A stretch of DNA of 64,000 bases from an uncultured Chloroflexia bacterium (GTDB taxonomy: Bacteria > Chloroflexota > Limnocylindria > QHBO01): assembly GCA_963825525.1 (NCBI GenBank), contig CAWGTN010000002.1:1024001-1088000 (forward strand), given 5' to 3'. Shown here piece after piece: positions 58,717 through 64,000 of the stretch. Both the position numbers and the translations under genes were made by a program. The notes beneath the pieces were generated by a model that was given only the letters and a program-made list of their open reading frames with translations, had not been told where the DNA came from and ran no database searches. Position 1 is the stretch's first letter; each line of letters starts with the position of its first letter.

Positions 58717-59843
58717 CAGGCGGCTGCCGGTCGGCGGCCGTCCGGGCCATCCAGCAGCTCGCGGAACCAGGTCTCGTAGGCGTCGGTGACGGCGGCCCAG
58801 CCGTATCGCTCCTCCACGCGCCTCGCCGCCAGCTCGCGGTAGCGATCGACCTGCGCCGGATCGGCGATGAGAGATGACATGTGCCGCGCCAGGTCCGACG
58901 TGTCGCGATACCCGTAGTATGCGCCGGCATCGCCCAGCACCTCGCGGTGCTCCGGCACGTCGTGCGCCAGGACCGCGTTGCGATGGCCCATCGCCTCGAC
59001 CAGGGCGGGATGGGTTCCGCCCACCTCGGTGGCCTGGACGTGGAGGTAGGCGTTGGCGCCCAGGGCGTGGTAATCATCGCCGTACACGAAGCCCGGGAAC
59101 TTGACGCGCGGATCCGCGGCCCGCTTCACGCGTTCCACGTAATCACGAGCGTAGGGCGCGTCACCAACCATGACCAGCGGAAGGTCCGTTTCGACCTGGC
59201 GATACGCCTCCACCACCATCAACGCGTTGTTCTCCGGTTCCATGCGACTGACGTACAGGAGATAACGGTCCGGCTCCAGTCCGTAGGCCCCCAATCGCTC
59301 GGACAGCGAGCCTCGGTCCCATAGCTTCGTGCCGTAGACGAAGCAGCGTGTCTCGCGGCCGAGTCGCTCACGGTAGTAGTCCTGGATCACGTCGGCGTCG
59401 GTCACCACGTTGATCGGCATGCGAGCGGCCAGCTTCGCGGCCCAGCGGTAGTAGCGACGAGCGAAGCGGCCCCACTTTTTGCGACGCCATTCCAGCCCGT
59501 CGACGTTGAGGACGGTGGCCTGGCCGCGCAGCCAGGGGATGTAGCAGATCGGCGCGTTCGCGCTGTTGCAGACATAGACGATGTCGAAGTTCCGGAGCGC
59601 GGCGTGGAGCGCGGAGAGCAACGTGTGCGACAGGGTCTCGGCGTGCTTCTGCGGAATGGCCGGCAGCCGCACCAGGCTCATGCCCCGATACGTTCGCATG
59701 TCCGCCGGGACATACGCCGAGCGGCAGTAGACGGTGACCTCGTGACCTCGTGACGCAAGCTCGGCACCGAATTCGTCGGCGAACGTCTCGAAGCCACCAT
59801 AGGTGGCTGGCACGCCACGCGTGCCCAGGATGGCAATCCGCAA
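58716..59843 (-). CDS. Glycosyltransferase family 4 (DUF1972, rhamnosyltransferase-like)
   Basis: ILGTRGVPATYGGFETF, NVDGLEWRRKKW, SRMEPENN, VGGTHPALVEAM. Confidence 0.9.
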   Translation of the reverse strand: MRIAILGTRGVPATYGGFETFADEFGAELASRGHEVTVYCRSAYVPADMRTYRGMSLVRLPAIPQKHAETLSHTLLSALHAALRNFDIVYVCNSANAPICYIPWLRGQATVLNVDGLEWRRKKWGRFARRYYRWAAKLAARMPINVVTDADVIQDYYRERLGRETRCFVYGTKLWDRGSLSERLGAYGLEPDRYLLYVSRMEPENNALMVVEAYRQVETDLPLVMVGDAPYARDYVERVKRAADPRVKFPGFVYGDDYHALGANAYLHVQATEVGGTHPALVEAMGHRNAVLAHDVPEHREVLGDAGAYYGYRDTSDLARHMSSLIADPAQVDRYRELAARRVEERYGWAAVTDAYETWFRELLDGPDGRRPAAA

Positions 59844-59881
59844 GCTCGTACTCCCGTGCGGCGCAAGCGCAGAATTGCAGC

Positions 59882-60958
59882 TCAGCGCGCTGTCGCCACC
59901 GGTCGGGTCGGTCGCGATCCCAATTGCTCGTCGAGGATACCCGCTTCGCGGGCCAGTCGCAGTTGCTCCAGACGGGTCAGGCGCAGGTCCTGGACCGTCT
60001 TGGCCACGAGCCCCACCCGTCGATAGTGATCGACCAGCTCCTGGATGGATCCAGCCACTCGCCGCCGGATTCTTGCCTCGGGCAGGAGGCGCTCGACGAG
60101 CTCGAAACGCACCCGGTAGCTGCGACGATCGACCCAGGCGCCGGGGTCCGCGCGGACAACCGACTCCGGTACCGCATCGGCGGCGATCTCGGCCAGCTCC
60201 GCGATGGCGTGGTTGTTCTCGGCCGAGCCGACGTTGATCGGCCCCACTGATAGCAGCCGATAGTCGTCGTCCGACCGCCGCAGGATGGCCGCCGTCACAT
60301 CGACGAGATCGTCGATGTGCAGCTGCGGACGAAAGGCGTCGCCGGTACTGATGAGTCGGACGACGCCGGTGGTAAGCGCCCAGGCAGCCATGCCGTTGAC
60401 CAGCAGGTCGAGGCGCAGCGCCGGCGAGTAGCCGAAGACCGTCGCGTTTCGGAGGATCACCGGCTGGAAGCGCTCATCGGCCATGGCGGACAGCGCCTGC
60501 TCCATGCGGACCTTCGAATCGGCATACGGGGTCAGCACCCGGGGCGGCGTCTGCTCGTTCACAAAGCCGTCCGCATGGCCGTACACCGAGCACGAGCTGT
60601 AGAACACGAACCGCCCGATGCCCCGCGCCCGAGCCATCTCGGCCAGGCGCAGCGAGGCATCGACGTTGATCTCCCGCGTCACCGCCGGGTTGACATCGGC
60701 CATCGGGTCATTCGAGACCGCGGCGAGGTGACAGACCGCATCGACCCGGCCCAGCAACGCGTCGACCCAGGCCGGATCATCGCCGATGACCTGGCGCAGA
60801 TCGACCACGTGCTGTTCATCGACCGCGGGCCGCTCCTCCACGAGGTCGTCGGCGAACCACCCGGCGTCGAGACCGATGACGGTGTGCCCCTCCCTCCGCA
60901 GCCGCTGGCCGAGGACGGTGCCGATGTAACCGAGGTTGCCGGTGACGAGAACTCGCAC
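59882..60958 (-). CDS. NAD-dependent epimerase/dehydratase
   Basis: VTGNLGYIG, HLAAVSNDP, SSCSVYG, YADSK, RNATVFG. Confidence 0.88.
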   Translation of the reverse strand: MRVLVTGNLGYIGTVLGQRLRREGHTVIGLDAGWFADDLVEERPAVDEQHVVDLRQVIGDDPAWVDALLGRVDAVCHLAAVSNDPMADVNPAVTREINVDASLRLAEMARARGIGRFVFYSSCSVYGHADGFVNEQTPPRVLTPYADSKVRMEQALSAMADERFQPVILRNATVFGYSPALRLDLLVNGMAAWALTTGVVRLISTGDAFRPQLHIDDLVDVTAAILRRSDDDYRLLSVGPINVGSAENNHAIAELAEIAADAVPESVVRADPGAWVDRRSYRVRFELVERLLPEARIRRRVAGSIQELVDHYRRVGLVAKTVQDLRLTRLEQLRLAREAGILDEQLGSRPTRPVATAR

Positions 60959-61693
60959 CTACGGTGCCTTCGCCCTTGTGTCACGCACCGCGGCAGACGC
61001 CTCGAACAGCGCGTCGATGGTGCCGGCGTCGGCCCACCTCCCCACGTACTCGTGGTGCACGAGCGATCCCGCCGCGAGGTAGTGGTTGAGCAGGTCGGTG
61101 ATCTCGAATTCACCGCGCGCCGATGGGCGCAGCGAGTCGATGACGTCGAACACGTCCGGGCGGAAGAAGTAGACGCCGATCGGGATGAGGTTGCTGGCCG
61201 GCGCGTCCGGCTTCTCCTCGAAGCTGGCCAGCGTCCCGTCGGGGTTGAACGAGGCGACGCCGAAGCGCTCCGGATCCGGGACCGCGGTGAGGACGGCTCC
61301 GCCCATCGCTTCACCATCGACGAACGATCGGGAGGCATCGCTGATCGGGTCCAGCAGGATGTTGTCGCCAAGGACGATGCAGACCGGGTCGGACCCGGTG
61401 AACTCGCGGCCGAGCGCGATGGCGTGGGCGATGCCGCGAGCTGCCGGCTGATAGCGATACGTGATCCTGAGGCCAAGCTCCGACCCGTCCTGGAGGAGCT
61501 CCACGATCTCGCCCACCGATCGACCGCCCAGAACGACCAGCACGTCGGTGACGCCCATCTCGCGCAGCGTCTGCAGCGGGAAGTGGATCATGGGCCGATC
61601 CCAGACCGGGAGCAGGTGCTTGTTCGTGACGTTGGTCAGCGGGGCGAGGCGCGATCCGCTGCCTCCGGCGAGCACGATTCCCTTGAGCGGCAC
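60959..61693 (-). CDS. rmlA: Glucose-1-phosphate thymidylyltransferase-like NTP transferase
   Basis: GIVLAGGSGSRL.PLT, NKHLLPV, GDNI, FEEKP, SARGEFEITD; GGAGGG RBS plus GTG. Confidence 0.85.
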   Translation of the reverse strand: MPLKGIVLAGGSGSRLAPLTNVTNKHLLPVWDRPMIHFPLQTLREMGVTDVLVVLGGRSVGEIVELLQDGSELGLRITYRYQPAARGIAHAIALGREFTGSDPVCIVLGDNILLDPISDASRSFVDGEAMGGAVLTAVPDPERFGVASFNPDGTLASFEEKPDAPASNLIPIGVYFFRPDVFDVIDSLRPSARGEFEITDLLNHYLAAGSLVHHEYVGRWADAGTIDALFEASAAVRDTRAKAP

Positions 61694-61831
61694 GTTCCCT
61701 CCTGGGCGTTGTGGACCGCTCGAGGATAGACGACCGGAACGGACCCCGAGGCGATCGACGGGGCCGTCGCTGGTAGACTTGCCGCTGTTCCCTGCCGAGG
61801 AAGAACAACGCTGTCCGACATCATTCTCGCG

Positions 61832-63253
61832 GTGGGCGTGGGCATGGCCATCGCGCTCGGAATCGTCATGTGGCAGCCGGGGTGGAGACTGCCGGCGCTC
61901 GCGTTCGCACTGCTGGCGATCCCGGGCAACGTGGACAACCTCGGGCCCCAGATGCTGCTCGATCCGAATGCGCTGACGAACAACACGGCGCCCGTGATCT
62001 CGGTCATCGATCTCCTCATCGGCCTGGGCCTGGCGCTCTCCCTGCGGGAGCGAGGCCGGTCTGTTCTCGACGGCGCCGGACGGTGGGTGATCCCCGCGGC
62101 GCTGCTGGTCTTCGCGCTCGCCTCGATGGTCAGCCTCGTCAACCTGGCCCAGGGAGCTCCCCTGCCGTCCACGGTGCGCGCCATCCTTCTCTTCGGCCGA
62201 ATTCCGGCCCTGATCGTCATTGCGGTCGCCACCGCCAACCACCTGGGTGACGGACGCCGTTTGGCGGCCGGCATCGGCCTCGGGCTCATTCCACTGCTGG
62301 GCAACGGGCTGTACACCTCGACCCAGCTCGAGGCCACGCGCTTCACGGCGTCGACGTTCGGTCGCAACGGCTTCTCTCTTGCCCTCGTGCTCGGCGTGTT
62401 CGCCGCTGCGGGCGTGGCCATCGCCCTGCTGGCACGGGGAGGATCCACCCGACGGATGGTCGTGGGCATCGGCGCCACCATCCTCGCCTGCCTGGGGCTG
62501 TTCGCCGCAATCGCCACCGGGACCCGAATGTCGATCCTCGCCGCGGTTCCGGCAGCGGGGCTGGCCCTGCTCCTGAATCGTGGCTGGCATTCGCGGCGCG
62601 GCCTCGCGAGCCTCGCCATGGTCGGCGTCCTCGTGCTCATGACGGGAGCCGCGGCCGTGATGTGGACTCCCGAGGGACAGCGGGCCATCTCGGCGATCAT
62701 CGATCCCGGCGGGACGGTCGACATGGTGACGAACCCCGACGACGAGCCGTGGTATTCGCCGATGCGCACTCGCGCCCGCTGGTGGGCGCAGGCTCGGGCC
62801 ATGGTGGTGGCCGACCCCCTGACCGGCGTGGGCGCCTGGCAATGGAACCACGTGCGGTACGAATCCGATCCAGATGCGATCGTGGCGGTGGCGGACCCCC
62901 ATAACACCTTCCTCCAGCTGGCCGCCGAACTCGGGCTGCCCGTGCTCGTGGCCTACGCGGCGCTGCTCGTCGCGGTGATCGGGTCCGGCCTGGTGGGGGC
63001 GTGGCATCGCGCCTCCCTCGTCGCGACCGCCTGGCCCCTCACCCTGCTCGCCGTGGCCACGCTCATGATCCCGATCACCGAGATGACCAACTCGCACCTG
63101 TTCAACGTGCGGCTCGGCCCGCTGACGTGGCTGTTGCTCGGCGCGTTCCACGTCGCGACGGCACCGGGAGTTGCCCCGGGCTGGGCCGCAATCCGGCGTC
63201 GCTTTGGGCGAGGGTCGAGTGCCCCGGGTGGTCATGCCGCAGACCCTGCCTGA
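61832..63253 (+). CDS. O-antigen ligase/polymerase-like membrane protein (Wzy_C)
   Basis: Multi-TM, TGTRM, R..WW, PLTGVG, PHNTFLQLAAELG; start uncertain. Confidence 0.85.
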   Translation: MGVGMAIALGIVMWQPGWRLPALAFALLAIPGNVDNLGPQMLLDPNALTNNTAPVISVIDLLIGLGLALSLRERGRSVLDGAGRWVIPAALLVFALASMVSLVNLAQGAPLPSTVRAILLFGRIPALIVIAVATANHLGDGRRLAAGIGLGLIPLLGNGLYTSTQLEATRFTASTFGRNGFSLALVLGVFAAAGVAIALLARGGSTRRMVVGIGATILACLGLFAAIATGTRMSILAAVPAAGLALLLNRGWHSRRGLASLAMVGVLVLMTGAAAVMWTPEGQRAISAIIDPGGTVDMVTNPDDEPWYSPMRTRARWWAQARAMVVADPLTGVGAWQWNHVRYESDPDAIVAVADPHNTFLQLAAELGLPVLVAYAALLVAVIGSGLVGAWHRASLVATAWPLTLLAVATLMIPITEMTNSHLFNVRLGPLTWLLLGAFHVATAPGVAPGWAAIRRRFGRGSSAPGGHAADPA

Positions 63254-64000
63254 GGGAGCGGGCGCCGCGGACGTCGCCCTGCGCTGGGCACAACACTGGG
63301 CGCAGCGCTGGTTTCTCGACGACGACGGCCACGATCGCCTCCGCATCGGCTCCATCGAAGCGGGATGGGCCACCCACGTGGAGGCCTACTACCTGCTCCA
63401 CGCATTCGCACAGCGTCACCTGGGGCAGGACGCTGGACGGGCGAGTCTCGCCTCGCGCCTCAAGGCGTCCGGACACGACCGGCTGATTCGCGCCGTGGGA
63501 CTGCGCGCGATGTCGAGCACCTCGACGGCGCGAGTGGTGCCGGGCCGCATTGCCTGCATCCTCGAGATCCCCACCCCGTCGATGTCCGATGGTGTCATCG
63601 CCGTCGCCCGGGCAGCAGGGCCGGACACCGCTGTGCTCGCTGCCGACCATCGCGCCATGCGCCGGGCGGGTCGTGCCGGCCTGCGCCCAGCGGCCCTCCA
63701 ACTATCGCCAACTGATCAGGCCCGCCTCCTGCGCCGGGCGGCACGAGCCTCGGCCAGGGGCTATGGCGAGGTGGTCCGGCGTCCTCCGGTCATGGACCTC
63801 GATGGCGACGACGTCGCGGAGGCGGCGCTCCGAGCCCTCGCGCCACTCGTCCTGCGCTCGGTCCCCTGGCTCGTGCCAGAGGCTGCGGCGCTCGAGAAGG
63901 CTCTCGACTCCGTGCGTCCGGTGTCCGTCGTCCTAGCCACCGACCAGCACCGTATCGGCAGGCTGGCCGTGAGCATTGCGCGGCGGCGAGGGATCCAGTC
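63234..64000 (+). CDS. Hypothetical polysaccharide biosynthesis protein, partial
   Basis: Open frame from ATG 63234 to the window end (MPQTLPEG...RPVSVVLATDQHRIGRLAVSIARRRGIQ); overlaps the ligase gene stop. Confidence 0.6.
   Translation, partial: MPQTLPEGAGAADVALRWAQHWAQRWFLDDDGHDRLRIGSIEAGWATHVEAYYLLHAFAQRHLGQDAGRASLASRLKASGHDRLIRAVGLRAMSSTSTARVVPGRIACILEIPTPSMSDGVIAVARAAGPDTAVLAADHRAMRRAGRAGLRPAALQLSPTDQARLLRRAARASARGYGEVVRRPPVMDLDGDDVAEAALRALAPLVLRSVPWLVPEAAALEKALDSVRPVSVVLATDQHRIGRLAVSIARRRGIQ

Noticed and set aside
60959-63373. 804-aa minus-strand ORF
   Set aside because: Only the last ~244 aa are RmlA (RBS plus GTG at 61693); the rest is the antisense shadow of the ligase gene.
1-64000. 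Numerous long overlapping or antisense Arg/Pro/Ala-rich ORFs
   Set aside because: Expected shadow frames in very GC-rich DNA; they have no motifs and overlap well-supported genes.
1-64000. CRISPR array, transposase, integrase, prophage or rRNA
   Set aside because: No regularly spaced repeat-spacer units or recognisable mobile-element or rRNA sequences were seen.

Overview
High-GC bacterial chromosomal segment with about 62 genes. Gene style and the many leaderless starts suggest a Chloroflexota- or Actinomycetota-like soil or water organism (inference only). Left to right it holds: (1) a cytochrome c oxidase locus with ctaD, ctaC carrying an extra C-terminal cupredoxin domain, ctaG and a ctaA-ctaB fusion; (2) assorted metabolic and envelope genes (MOSC-GNAT, MpaB-like, rhomboid, Eis, MFS, tryptophanase, a 3-repeat lectin-like protein, a PNPOx plus PNPOx-MenA pair, ExeM/NucH nuclease, S8 subtilase, agmatinase); (3) three regulator loci with visible palindromic operators (Fur/Ni transporter, ArsR-SRPBCC, HxlR/HtrA-like); (4) panG-like/panC/panB, a TreS-like amylase, an LLM oxidoreductase, a DUF6582-like/class III cyclase fusion, tRNA-Pro(CGG) and serA; (5) a surface-polysaccharide cluster of more than 21 kb with pseB/C/G/F/I but no recognisable pseH, plus rmlA/C/D, a priming transferase, a flippase and a ligase/polymerase. 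Several conserved genes carry single-base frameshifts that look like assembly errors. No CRISPR array, integrase, transposase or rRNA was seen. The best leads are the DUF6582-like cyclase, the PNPOx/MenA pair, the pseH-less pseudaminic acid cluster with an ATP-grasp/methyltransferase/HAD cassette, and two candidate structured ncRNAs (28.3-28.55 kb and 40.70-40.76 kb). All family assignments come from motif recognition by eye; no database searches were run.
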